Positions 25,331 through 35,300 of a DNA stretch of 64,000 nucleotides are shown in pieces (the first letter of the stretch is position 1; each line of letters starts with the position of its first letter). The stretch is from the NCBI RefSeq assembly GCF_056746865.1, contig NZ_CM163382.1; one strand, 5' to 3'. The notes beneath the pieces were generated by a model. The model made no database searches, was not told where the DNA came from, and saw only the letters and a program-made list of their open reading frames with translations. The translations under genes and the position numbers were made by a program.

Positions 25331-26608
25331 TTACTTGCTGCTAGCCATAGCAGGGGCGCTATCAGCAGTACGAATTTTTTGGAACAGCAAAAAGGTAAAG
25401 ACGATCACCATGGCAAGCGCCGCCATGCCCATCAGCCACATATTGCGGTAGGCTTCTGCAGCGGGCAGGGTGTCTTGCCAGTAGCCGATAATCGGGTAAA
25501 CGAAGACATCCGGCAGGAATCCAATCACCGAACAAATACCTACCGTGGTGCCCATAATGTAAGACGGTGTTCTCGCTTCGCCAGGGCAGGCCCAGTACAG
25601 CCCGCGTGAGGCGTAACAGGTGAATCCCAGCAGTAAAATCAGGCCAATCCCCATCGCGACCGATTGCGGGTTAGAGTTCGTGACGAGCAGGGCAGTTAAC
25701 GCCAGCAAGCCGAGTACGGAAAGGATTTGGATCACGCGGGTAGGGGATTTCACTTTGCTGTAGGTGGTGATAATGCCACCAAGTGGGCCGCACAGTGCGC
25801 GGAAGATTTTGTTGATCACAATCCCCATGTAGCTCGCCGCCACCAGCGACATGCCGTACATTTCGGTCAGATAGTTGGTGGAGTAACTCAGAATGGCGTA
25901 GATGGTGAAGACACCAAAAATCACCATGCTGCAATACCAGGTGGTGCTGATGCGCAAAACAGCCAGGATGTCGCTAAGCTGGAATGACTGTTTTTCTTCG
26001 TTATTGGTATTGCGCAGGTTGTTGTTATCGCTAACAAAAAACCAACACAAAATGCCCAGCAGAATGTAAACCACACTATAGATAATAATGACCGTTTTCA
26101 GGCTGGCGCTGTCATCCGGTGCAAAGCGAGAAAAGACCCACATGGTAAACACCGCCAGCGACATTACACCGACGCCGCGCAGCCCTTCCATCCAGCCCAT
26201 AATTTTCCCTTGCTCGCTATGATCGCCCAGCAACGAGGCGGCTTTAATCGACACCGACCACAGCATTAAAATCGTCGTTATCGCAAAGGCGACCTGAATA
26301 CAGAGCATTACCCACAGCGGTGGATATGTTGCCATTAACAGACCCAGTAATCCGGTAATGATCATCGCGGAAGTAATCATTTTGCGGTGTGAAAATTTAT
26401 CGGCAATAACGCCGCTGGGGGCATAAAGAATAATAGCCGCAATACCAAAGGTACTCATTATTAAACCTATCTCGGTATTGCTGAATCCCATAAATTTCGC
26501 CATGGGAATTTGATAAATATAACGTAAATAAGCCAGGTCGAAACTAACGCCGCCGCTAAAACTAATTATCGCGAGGGTTATCCAACGGCGATATGAGTTG
26601 TGTTGCAT
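25331..26608 (-). CDS. yqcE: MFS transporter YqcE
   Basis: 425-aa polytopic membrane ORF. Confidence 0.8.
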   Translation of the reverse strand: MQHNSYRRWITLAIISFSGGVSFDLAYLRYIYQIPMAKFMGFSNTEIGLIMSTFGIAAIILYAPSGVIADKFSHRKMITSAMIITGLLGLLMATYPPLWVMLCIQVAFAITTILMLWSVSIKAASLLGDHSEQGKIMGWMEGLRGVGVMSLAVFTMWVFSRFAPDDSASLKTVIIIYSVVYILLGILCWFFVSDNNNLRNTNNEEKQSFQLSDILAVLRISTTWYCSMVIFGVFTIYAILSYSTNYLTEMYGMSLVAASYMGIVINKIFRALCGPLGGIITTYSKVKSPTRVIQILSVLGLLALTALLVTNSNPQSVAMGIGLILLLGFTCYASRGLYWACPGEARTPSYIMGTTVGICSVIGFLPDVFVYPIIGYWQDTLPAAEAYRNMWLMGMAALAMVIVFTFLLFQKIRTADSAPAMASSK

Positions 26609-26926
26609 ATCGTATTCCCATTTGTAATAGACAAAAAAAAGAGAAAAGTAAGCCGCCCTTTCAGGTGGATTACTTTTCTCAGGTCTCTAGTAATTGCAAT
26701 AAGAAATAACATGGAAAGCAGTGGTGTTGTGTGAGAGTAATCACGCTTCTGCTTTTTAAAATTATTTGACAATTCGAATATAACACTGTGATTACGATCA
26801 CATTAGCGATTATGCCCTTATGATAAAAATTATCTCCAGTTACCAGAGATAATGAGAAAGGTAACTTCCCTCTCGCGGGGGAAGTTACCTTTCTTTTTTT
26901 TTGCCTTACGGAAATTGGAGCTAACT

Positions 26927-27712
26927 ATGTCAATCGAATCTCTCAATGCGTTCTCAATGGATTTTTTCTCCCTGAAAGGTAAAACCGCAATTGTTACCGG
27001 CGGGAATAGCGGTTTAGGCCAGGCATTTGCCATGGCGCTGGCCAAAGCAGGCGCAAATATCTTTATTCCAAGCTTCGTTAAAGATAACGGCGAAACAAAG
27101 GAAATGATTGAAAAACAGGGTGTTGAGGTGGACTTCATGCAGGTGGATATCACCGCAGAAGGCGCGCCGCAGAAGATAATCGCCGCCTGTTGCGAACGTT
27201 TCGGTACCGTCGATATTCTGATTAACAATGCCGGTATTTGTAAGCTGAATAAGGTGCTGGACTTCGGTCGTGCCGACTGGGACCCGATGATTGATGTGAA
27301 CCTGACCGCCGCATTCGAGTTAAGCTATGAAGCTGCAAAAATTATGATCCCGCAGAAAAGCGGTAAAATCATTAATATCTGTTCATTATTCTCTTACTTA
27401 GGTGGACAATGGTCACCTGCATATTCTGCCACTAAACATGCTCTTGCCGGATTCACCAAAGCTTACTGTGATGAACTAGGTCAATATAATATTCAGGTAA
27501 ATGGTATTGCCCCTGGCTATTATGCAACAGATATTACGCTGGCGACACGCAGTAATCCAGAAACCAATCAGCGCGTTCTTGATCATATTCCGGCAAACCG
27601 TTGGGGCGATACTCAGGATTTAATGGGCGCAGCCGTATTCCTCGCAAGTCCGGCATCGAATTATGTCAACGGACATTTATTAGTGGTTGATGGTGGTTAT
27701 TTAGTGCGCTAA
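26927..27712 (+). CDS. ygcW: short-chain dehydrogenase/reductase YgcW
   Basis: ORF 26852..27712; preferred ATG at 26927 with GGAG Shine-Dalgarno; Rossmann TGGNSGLG and catalytic YxxxK (YSATK). Confidence 0.85.
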   Translation: MSIESLNAFSMDFFSLKGKTAIVTGGNSGLGQAFAMALAKAGANIFIPSFVKDNGETKEMIEKQGVEVDFMQVDITAEGAPQKIIAACCERFGTVDILINNAGICKLNKVLDFGRADWDPMIDVNLTAAFELSYEAAKIMIPQKSGKIINICSLFSYLGGQWSPAYSATKHALAGFTKAYCDELGQYNIQVNGIAPGYYATDITLATRSNPETNQRVLDHIPANRWGDTQDLMGAAVFLASPASNYVNGHLLVVDGGYLVR

Positions 27713-27781
27713 TCCATAACGGTGGTTTCTGTTTTCTCTTATTAATGATTATTCCATTTTTATTATCAGGAAGGAATTACT

Positions 27782-29236
27782 ATGTCTTTATCTCGCGCAG
27801 CGATTGTCGACCAGCTAAAGGAAATTGTTGGTGCAGATCGCGTAATTACCGATGAAACAGTATTAAAGAAGAACAGTATTGACCGTTTTCGCAAATTTCC
27901 GGATATTCATGGCATTTATACTTTGCCGATTCCGGCAGCGGTCGTAAAACTCGGTTCCACAGAACAAGTATCCCGTGTGCTGAATTTTATGAATGCGCAC
28001 AAAATTAACGGTGTGCCGCGTACCGGTGCTTCCGCTACCGAAGGTGGGCTGGAAACCGTTGTGGAAAACTCGGTGGTGCTCGACGGCTCTGCCATGAATC
28101 AAATCATTAATATTGATATTGAGAATATGCAGGCCACGGCGCAATGCGGAGTTCCGCTGGAAGTGCTGGAAAACGCGTTGCGTGAAAAAGGTTACACCAC
28201 GGGGCATTCTCCGCAGTCAAAGCCGCTGGCGCAGATGGGCGGCCTGGTAGCAACCCGCAGTATCGGGCAGTTCTCCACACTCTACGGCGCAATCGAAGAT
28301 ATGGTCGTTGGTCTGGAAGCAGTATTGGCTGATGGCACCGTAACACGCATTAAAAACGTACCACGCCGCGCGGCAGGCCCGGACATTCGTCACATCATCA
28401 TCGGCAACGAAGGTGCATTGTGCTATATCACTGAAGTAACTGTGAAAATCTTTAAGTTCACCCCGGAAAACAACCTCTTCTACGGCTATATCCTGGAAGA
28501 CATGAAAACCGGCTTCAACATCCTGCGTGAAATCATGGTGGAAGGGTATCGTCCGTCGATCGCTCGTTTGTATGACGCTGAAGATGGCACCCAACACTTC
28601 ACCCATTTTGCTGACGGAAAATGCGTGCTGATCTTTATGGCTGAAGGTAACCCTCGCATTGCGAAGGCGACGGGCGAAGGGATTGCTGAAATCGTGGCAC
28701 GTTACCCGCAATGCCAGCGAGTGGACAGCAAGCTGATCGAAACCTGGTTTAACAACCTGAACTGGGGACCGGATAAAGTAGCTGCCGAACGTGTGCAGAT
28801 CCTCAAAACCGGCAACATGGGCTTTACCACCGAAGTGTCCGGCTGCTGGAGCTGCATTCACGAAATCTACGAAAGCGTTATTAACCGTATTCGTACCGAG
28901 TTCCCGCACGCCGACGACATCACCATGCTGGGCGGTCACTCCTCTCACAGCTACCAGAACGGCACCAACATGTACTTCGTTTACGACTACAACGTTGTTG
29001 ACTGTAAGCCGGAAGAGGAAATCGACAAGTACCACAATCCGCTCAACAAAATCATCTGCGAAGAAACCATTCGCCTCGGTGGTTCGATGGTGCACCACCA
29101 CGGCATTGGTAAACATCGCGTTCACTGGAGCAAGCTGGAACACGGCAGCGCGTGGACGTTGCTGGAAGGTCTGAAAAAGCAGTTCGATCCTAACGGCATT
29201 ATGAATACGGGTACTATCTATCCGATTGAAAAATAA
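27782..29236 (+). CDS. ygcU: FAD-linked oxidase YgcU (alkyl-DHAP-synthase-like)
   Basis: 484-aa ORF with FAD-binding-type sequence. Confidence 0.8.
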   Translation: MSLSRAAIVDQLKEIVGADRVITDETVLKKNSIDRFRKFPDIHGIYTLPIPAAVVKLGSTEQVSRVLNFMNAHKINGVPRTGASATEGGLETVVENSVVLDGSAMNQIINIDIENMQATAQCGVPLEVLENALREKGYTTGHSPQSKPLAQMGGLVATRSIGQFSTLYGAIEDMVVGLEAVLADGTVTRIKNVPRRAAGPDIRHIIIGNEGALCYITEVTVKIFKFTPENNLFYGYILEDMKTGFNILREIMVEGYRPSIARLYDAEDGTQHFTHFADGKCVLIFMAEGNPRIAKATGEGIAEIVARYPQCQRVDSKLIETWFNNLNWGPDKVAAERVQILKTGNMGFTTEVSGCWSCIHEIYESVINRIRTEFPHADDITMLGGHSSHSYQNGTNMYFVYDYNVVDCKPEEEIDKYHNPLNKIICEETIRLGGSMVHHHGIGKHRVHWSKLEHGSAWTLLEGLKKQFDPNGIMNTGTIYPIEK

Positions 29237-29329
29237 TGTGTCAGGCAGCGTTCCGCGATGACGGGGCGTTGCCTTTTCGGCTTCTCAGGCGAGAAGCCGT
29301 TCTTATTACCGGACAATGAAGGGATAAAG

Positions 29330-30667
29330 ATGAACACTTCACCGGTGCGAATGGATGATTTACCACTTAACCGTTTTCACTGCCGCATTGCTGCGCTCAC
29401 TTTCGGCGCACACCTGACCGACGGTTATGTCCTCGGCGTCATTGGTTACGCCATTATTCAGCTTACGCCCGCCATGCAACTGACGCCGTTTATGGCGGGA
29501 ATGATTGGCGGCTCAGCACTCCTTGGTTTGTTTCTTGGCAGCCTGGTTCTGGGCTGGATCTCCGACCATATTGGGCGACAAAAAATCTTCACCTTCAGCT
29601 TTTTGCTGATTACGCTTGCTTCGTTTTTACAATTTTTTGCCACCACGCCAGAGCATCTTATTGGACTGCGCATTTTGATTGGCATTGGTCTGGGAGGCGA
29701 TTACTCAGTCGGTCACACCTTGCTGGCTGAATTTTCCCCGCGCCGCCACCGCGGTATTTTGCTGGGCGCGTTCAGCGTGGTGTGGACTGTAGGCTATGTG
29801 CTGGCAAGTATTGCCGGACATCACTTTATTAGCGAAAGCCCGGAGGCCTGGCGCTGGCTGCTGGCATCGGCAGCTCTGCCCGCATTGTTGATTACGTTAT
29901 TACGCTGGGGAACGCCAGAATCGCCACGCTGGCTACTGCGCCAGGGGCGTTTTGCAGAAGCTCACGCTATCGTGCATCGCTATTTTGGTCCCCATGTTTT
30001 ACTGGGCGATGAAGTGGCAACGGCGACCCATAAACACATCAAAACCTTGTTCTCTTCGCGCTACTGGCGGCGCACAGCGTTTAACAGCGTCTTCTTTGTC
30101 TGCCTCGTAATCCCATGGTTTGTGATTTATACCTGGCTGCCAACTATCGCCCAGACTATTGGTCTGGAAGATGCGTTGACCGCTAGCCTGATGCTTAATG
30201 CGTTGTTAATTGTGGGTGCGCTGCTGGGATTAGTTCTGACGCACCTGCTGGCACATCGCAAATTTTTGCTGGGAAGTTTTTTGCTGCTGGCGGCAACGCT
30301 GGTAGTGATGGCTTGTTTGCCTTCCGGCAGTTCATTAACGCTGCTGCTTTTTGTTCTCTTCAGCACCACCATTTCGGCAGTCAGTAATCTGGTGGGCATT
30401 TTGCCTGCGGAAAGTTTTCCTACTGACATTCGCTCGCTGGGCGTCGGTTTTGCCACCGCCATGAGTCGGTTGGGCGCGGCGGTAAGTACTGGCCTGCTGC
30501 CGTGGGTGCTGGCGCAGTGGGGAATGCAAGTCACCTTATTGCTCCTGGCGGCAGTGTTGTTGGTTGGTTTTGTCGTGACCTGGCTATGGGCACCAGAAAC
30601 CAAAGCACTCCCGCTGGTGGCGGCGGGAAATGTTGGAGGTGCGAATGAACATTCTGTTAGCGTTTAA
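29330..30667 (+). CDS. ygcS: MFS transporter YgcS
   Basis: ORF 29258..30667; preferred ATG at 29330 (MNTSPVRMDDL...), 445 aa; polytopic. Confidence 0.8.
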   Translation: MNTSPVRMDDLPLNRFHCRIAALTFGAHLTDGYVLGVIGYAIIQLTPAMQLTPFMAGMIGGSALLGLFLGSLVLGWISDHIGRQKIFTFSFLLITLASFLQFFATTPEHLIGLRILIGIGLGGDYSVGHTLLAEFSPRRHRGILLGAFSVVWTVGYVLASIAGHHFISESPEAWRWLLASAALPALLITLLRWGTPESPRWLLRQGRFAEAHAIVHRYFGPHVLLGDEVATATHKHIKTLFSSRYWRRTAFNSVFFVCLVIPWFVIYTWLPTIAQTIGLEDALTASLMLNALLIVGALLGLVLTHLLAHRKFLLGSFLLLAATLVVMACLPSGSSLTLLLFVLFSTTISAVSNLVGILPAESFPTDIRSLGVGFATAMSRLGAAVSTGLLPWVLAQWGMQVTLLLLAAVLLVGFVVTWLWAPETKALPLVAAGNVGGANEHSVSV

Positions 30668-31424
30668 AGCCGAACCGGATGCCGGAATGCTGGCGGAAAA
30701 AGAGTGGCAGGCGGCGGCTCAGGGTAATAGCGGACCGGATGTTTCGCTTCTGCGAAGTTTGCTCGGTGCTGATGAACAGGCTGCCGCCGCGCTGCTGTTG
30801 GCGCAGAGAAAAAACGGTACGTCGATGTCTTTAACCGCGTTGAGCATGGGGGATGAACGGGCGTTGCACTGGCTGCGCTATCTTATGGCTCTTGGGTTTG
30901 AGGAAGCTGTATTGCTGGAGACGGCGGCAGATCTGCGCTTTGCGCCGGAATTTGTCGCTCGCCATATTGCCGAATGGCAGTACCAGAATCCGCTGGAGCT
31001 GATAATTACTGGCTGCCAAAGCAGCGAAGGGCAGAATGGGCAAACGCCATTTTTGCTGGCGGAAATGCTGGGCTGGCCCTGCTTCACCCAGGTGGAGCGT
31101 TTTACTCTCGACGCGCCGTTTATCACCCTTGAACAGCGTACTGAAAACGGGCTGCGCTGTTGCCGGGTTCGCTTGCCTGCGGTGATTGCCGTGCGTCAGT
31201 GTGGTGAAGTGGCCTTGCCAGTACCGGGAATGCGCCAGCGAATGGCTGCGGGGAAAGCAGCAATTATCCGTAAAACTGTTGCTGCCGAATCGCCAGCGAT
31301 GCAGTGTCGGCAACTGGCAAGAGCAGAGCAACGACGCGGAGCGACGCTGATTGATGGGCAAACGGTAGCAGAAAAAGCGCAAAAGCTATGGCAGGACTAT
31401 TTACGCCAAAGGATGCAGCCATGA
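30645..31424 (+). CDS. ygcR: electron-transfer flavoprotein beta-subunit-like YgcR
   Basis: ORF 30630..31424; preferred ATG at 30645 (MNILLAFKAEPD...). Confidence 0.75.
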   Translation: MNILLAFKAEPDAGMLAEKEWQAAAQGNSGPDVSLLRSLLGADEQAAAALLLAQRKNGTSMSLTALSMGDERALHWLRYLMALGFEEAVLLETAADLRFAPEFVARHIAEWQYQNPLELIITGCQSSEGQNGQTPFLLAEMLGWPCFTQVERFTLDAPFITLEQRTENGLRCCRVRLPAVIAVRQCGEVALPVPGMRQRMAAGKAAIIRKTVAAESPAMQCRQLARAEQRRGATLIDGQTVAEKAQKLWQDYLRQRMQP

Positions 31425-32281
31425 ATATCGCAATTGTGACAATAAATCAGGAGAATGCCGCAATAGCGAGCTGGCAGGCGGCGCAGGATTTCAGCGGTTG
31501 TACCCTGGCGCACTGGAAGATTGAACCTCAGCCCGCTGTGGCGGAACAGGTGCTGGATGCGCTGGTGGAACAGTGGCAGCGAACGCCTGCGGACGTTGTT
31601 CTCTTTCCGCCGGGAACGTTTGGCGATGAACTGTCGACCCGGCTGGCCTGGCGTTTACATGGTGCAAGCATCTGCCAGGTGACTTCGTTAGATATTCCAA
31701 CCGTAAGCGTGCGCAAATCCCACTGGGGAAATGCGCTAACGGCGACGCTGCAAACAGAAAAACGCCCGCTATGCCTTTCCCTGGCGCGTCAGGCGGGAGC
31801 AGCGAAAAACGCCACGTTGCCCTCTGGTATGCAGCAACTGAACATTGTCCCAGGTGCGCTTCCCGACTGGCTGGTTAGCACAGAGGATCTGAAAAATGTT
31901 ACCCGTGACCCATTAGCTGAGGCCAGACGGGTGCTGGTGGTGGGGCAGGGCGGAGAGGCAGATAACCAGGAAATCGCTATGCTGGCAGAAAAGCTGGGAG
32001 CCGAAGTGGGCTATAGTCGGGCGCGAGTAATGAACGGTGGCGTTGATGCCGAAAAAGTGATTGGTATTTCCGGACATTTGCTGGCACCTGAGGTGTGTAT
32101 TGTTGTTGGCGCTTCCGGCGCAGCAGCGTTAATGGCGGGCGTACGCAATAGCAAGTTTGTGGTGGCGATTAATCATGACGCCAGCGCGGCGGTATTTTCA
32201 CAGGCAGATGTTGGCGTGGTTGATGACTGGAAAGCGGTGCTGGAGGCACTGGTGACAACCATTCACGCAGATTGCCAATAA
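31421..32281 (+). CDS. ygcQ: electron-transfer flavoprotein alpha-subunit-like YgcQ
   Basis: ORF 31388..32281; preferred ATG at 31421 (MNIAIVTINQ...) overlapping ygcR stop (ATGA). Confidence 0.75.
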   Translation: MNIAIVTINQENAAIASWQAAQDFSGCTLAHWKIEPQPAVAEQVLDALVEQWQRTPADVVLFPPGTFGDELSTRLAWRLHGASICQVTSLDIPTVSVRKSHWGNALTATLQTEKRPLCLSLARQAGAAKNATLPSGMQQLNIVPGALPDWLVSTEDLKNVTRDPLAEARRVLVVGQGGEADNQEIAMLAEKLGAEVGYSRARVMNGGVDAEKVIGISGHLLAPEVCIVVGASGAAALMAGVRNSKFVVAINHDASAAVFSQADVGVVDDWKAVLEALVTTIHADCQ

Positions 32282-32289
32282 CGTGCTGC

Positions 32290-32400
32290 CGGATGATCCT
32301 GCCTACGGTTCTGGCCTGGGGACTTGTAGGCCTGATAAGACGCGTCAAGCGTCGCATCAGACGCTGAATGTCGGATGTGGCGTGCAGCCTACAAATCACA
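32290..32400. repeat. REP/BIME-like palindromic elements between ygcQ and ygcP
   Basis: gtaggcctgataagacgcgtcaagcgtcgcatcagacgc plus a second diverged copy. Confidence 0.6.
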
Positions 32401-32427
32401 CAAATTCAATTCGTTACGATTATCCCG

Positions 32428-33003
32428 TCAAAGCAATTTTTTCGCTAGCGTCCAGACCCCGGTATTCGTGGTGGAAAGCGCCACGACACCTGCGTTAATC
32501 GCATTACGCGCATCTTCTTCATCGCACACCAGCCCGCCAGCAATCAGCGGTTGGCGGATTTTCTCCGTCACCCAGCCCAGCACTTTGGGCATACAGCCTG
32601 GCAGGATCTCAATACAATCCGGATTCGATTGCGCAACTTGCTTATCAATGTTGTGAAACGAAATTGAATCAACAATAAACAGGCGATGAATACAGAAAAA
32701 ACCTTCCGCTCTTGCCGCTTTCAACATTGAGGCTTTGGTACTGATAATGCCGTCCGCCTCAGTCACCAGTTTCAAAAACTGAATCACCACTTCTTTATTT
32801 GACGCGCCTTCCAGCAAATCAACATGAATAAAAGCATATTTTCCGGCGTTCTTAATCTTTTTAACGATATTACTGATGGTGCAGATATTGCCGTACAACA
32901 CGGAAATAAACTGGCATTCAGAGTCGATTGCCAGTTGCAGGCTGGCATTATCTTTAACGGCAGCAATCACCGGATTCTGGCGGAGCAGGTGTAAGAGGGG
33001 CAT
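32428..33003 (-). CDS. ygcP: GlpP-like glycerol-3-phosphate-responsive antiterminator family protein YgcP
   Basis: 191-aa ORF; gene order matches K-12. Confidence 0.75.
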   Translation of the reverse strand: MPLLHLLRQNPVIAAVKDNASLQLAIDSECQFISVLYGNICTISNIVKKIKNAGKYAFIHVDLLEGASNKEVVIQFLKLVTEADGIISTKASMLKAARAEGFFCIHRLFIVDSISFHNIDKQVAQSNPDCIEILPGCMPKVLGWVTEKIRQPLIAGGLVCDEEDARNAINAGVVALSTTNTGVWTLAKKLL

Positions 33004-33019
33004 AAATTATCCTTATTAT

Positions 33020-33280
33020 TTATCCAAAACGGTAGGTGATGCCGAATCCGGAAGGCGGATAGCGCCACTGTTGTAGTGTTGATTCGTCGCACAGCAAACG
33101 GCAGGTGCCACACTCCAGGCAGCCGCGATAATCAACGCGTAAGTCACCTTCCGGTGTGAGCGAAAAAAGACCAGCCGGACAAGCGTTAATCAACCGTTGT
33201 ACCGTCTGACGCTCAACGGAGTCAGCCGGAACAATGTGCGGCGCATCGGCAACGCGCCAGAGATTACGGGCTACAGACAT
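33020..33280 (-). CDS. ygcO: ferredoxin-like protein YgcO (FixX-like)
   Basis: ORF 33020..33316; preferred start MSVARNL... (86 aa); 4-Cys cluster CxxCxxC(R)LLC. Confidence 0.7.
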   Translation of the reverse strand: MSVARNLWRVADAPHIVPADSVERQTVQRLINACPAGLFSLTPEGDLRVDYRGCLECGTCRLLCDESTLQQWRYPPSGFGITYRFG

Positions 33281-34542
33281 CGCAGACTCATGATAACATC
33301 GCCCGCCAGATGCCACAGGCCGTGACGACGTAAATGACGCCAGAATAACTGGCGCAGCGGTGGAACAGGTTTATCACCCTGATCCCATAAATCACGGGAA
33401 ATATCCTGCATTAACGCAGGCCATGCACGGTACCATCCAGGGCGTTGCAAAAGCGCCGGAACATGCTGATAACGTTGTAGAACATCCCATAGCAGGCTGC
33501 GCTCTATGTTGTGATGATAAAGCGCAAACAGATTTTGCGGCTCGCGGTGCTGGCAGGCGCTTATCAGCGTTTGTGCCGCCGCCTGCGCGCCAGTCAGCGC
33601 CATATCCATGCCGCGCACGGAAATTCCGGTATTGACGCAACTGCGCAACGCATCGCCCAGCAGCAGCCAGCCGTTACCGGCGTATTGCACCGGCATACTG
33701 TGCAAGCCACCTTCTGGCACCAGATGCGCACCATACTCCAGTGATTCCGTGTTTTTGATAAGCGGGCGCACTGCCGGATGCGTTTTAAAGCGAGCCAGCA
33801 GCTCGCTTGCCGGAACACGACTTTGCGTAAGGGAAGAGAGCGGGCAAACAATCCCTAACGAGAGCGTTTGTTGATTAGTATAAAGAAATGTGCCGCCGGG
33901 TAAGTCATCACAGATCCCGCCGCTGAACAGCAACGCTGCGCCTTCGTTATTCTCCAGATGAAAACGTTCTTCAATAGCGGATGTTTCAAGCGCCAGCACT
34001 TCTTTGATCCCCAACGCCATCGCTTCGCCAGCAGGACGAGTCACTAACCCGTGACGTTCAGCCAGGACGCTGTTGGCTCCTTCTGCCAGCACCACATAAC
34101 GGGCGCGGAGAATATCGTCACCACAAATGACACCACACACCCTGCCGTTTTCTTCATACAGCGCATCCACCGTCGCACCGGGGATGCATTCGACACCTTC
34201 TTTTTCGGCTTCGGCAACCAGCCACGGATCGAACCGTGCACGTAATACACTCCAGGATTCACCGCCGGGCTGTAAGCTGGAAAACGTCGTTGCGCCATCC
34301 GGCGTTAACAGGGAAAGGCTTTCGTGAGTGATGCGTCGTTCAAGAGGCGCGGTCAGATGAAATTGTGGGAGGAGTTCCGCGAGCGCCTGGGTATATAAAC
34401 GCCCGCCGGAAAGATTTTTGCTGCCGGGGATTTCAGCGCGTTCCAGTAACAAAACGGATAAACCCGCTCGCGCGCAGCGTAACGCGCAAGCGGTGCCTGC
34501 AATACCGGCACCAATAATAATAATGTCGCAGTCGTCTTCCAT
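33271..34542 (-). CDS. ygcN: FAD-dependent oxidoreductase YgcN (FixC-like)
   Basis: ORF 33271..34572; preferred start MEDDCDIIIIGAGIAGTACA (FAD dinucleotide-binding motif). Confidence 0.8.
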   Translation of the reverse strand: MEDDCDIIIIGAGIAGTACALRCARAGLSVLLLERAEIPGSKNLSGGRLYTQALAELLPQFHLTAPLERRITHESLSLLTPDGATTFSSLQPGGESWSVLRARFDPWLVAEAEKEGVECIPGATVDALYEENGRVCGVICGDDILRARYVVLAEGANSVLAERHGLVTRPAGEAMALGIKEVLALETSAIEERFHLENNEGAALLFSGGICDDLPGGTFLYTNQQTLSLGIVCPLSSLTQSRVPASELLARFKTHPAVRPLIKNTESLEYGAHLVPEGGLHSMPVQYAGNGWLLLGDALRSCVNTGISVRGMDMALTGAQAAAQTLISACQHREPQNLFALYHHNIERSLLWDVLQRYQHVPALLQRPGWYRAWPALMQDISRDLWDQGDKPVPPLRQLFWRHLRRHGLWHLAGDVIMSLRCL

Positions 34543-34619
34543 GTCATGCCCCAGATATCCAGAACACAACACCCTAACATAGCGTTACTTAAGGGAAATT
34601 GACCGCCGACACACTCTTA

Positions 34620-34985
34620 TCATTCGCCGCGATAGATGCAACCTGCGGTGCAGGTTTCTTTCACCATAACCGCACTTAACAGCGGAACAACCGGTTTAAC
34701 CTGATCCCAAATCCATTTTGCTAAAACCTCGCTGGTCGGGTTTTCCAGGCCAGGAATATCATTGAGATAATAGTGATCGAGGCGCTCGTAGGTTGGCTTA
34801 AACGCCGCTTTTAGTTCAGCGAAATCGATAATCCAGCCCGTATGCGGATCGACTTCCCCGGTAATTTCCAGTCGCACCATAAAGGAATGCCCGTGCAGGC
34901 GACCACATTTATGCCCTTCCGGGACGTGTGGTAAGCGGTGAGCGGCTTCGAAGGTGAAATCTTTAAATAACGTGGTGGACATCAT
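34620..34985 (-). CDS. queD: 6-carboxy-5,6,7,8-tetrahydropterin synthase QueD
   Basis: ORF 34620..35069; preferred start [10 protein letters not shown]... giving 121 aa; conserved Cys/His motif ([18 protein letters not shown]). Confidence 0.85.
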   Translation of the reverse strand: MMSTTLFKDFTFEAAHRLPHVPEGHKCGRLHGHSFMVRLEITGEVDPHTGWIIDFAELKAAFKPTYERLDHYYLNDIPGLENPTSEVLAKWIWDQVKPVVPLLSAVMVKETCTAGCIYRGE

Positions 34986-35300
34986 AATTTCTCTACAGGA
35001 CGATAAAACCGCCGTAGAGTACCGGAAAGGCTGTTTTTTCGCATTATCTAAAACGACTTTGTTGCGCAAAATCGCTGATTTATCTTAATGATTGGCTAAA
35101 TTCATTTGTTTTTCATTGGGTTGGTTAATCTGTTTTGTTGTTAAAGACTATTGCTAAAACAGGTTAGTCGATTTGGTTATTAGTTATCGCTATCCCGTCT
35201 TTAATCCACACCGTTCACCCCGTTAACCTTACCTTCTCTTCTGTTTTATGGGCGCTGACAGGGCGCAGAAACAGCTTTGCTTACTGGAACATAACGACGC

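Noticed and set aside
28217-29143. 308-aa minus-strand ORF antisense to ygcU
   Set aside because: Embedded in the FAD-oxidase gene; no independent support
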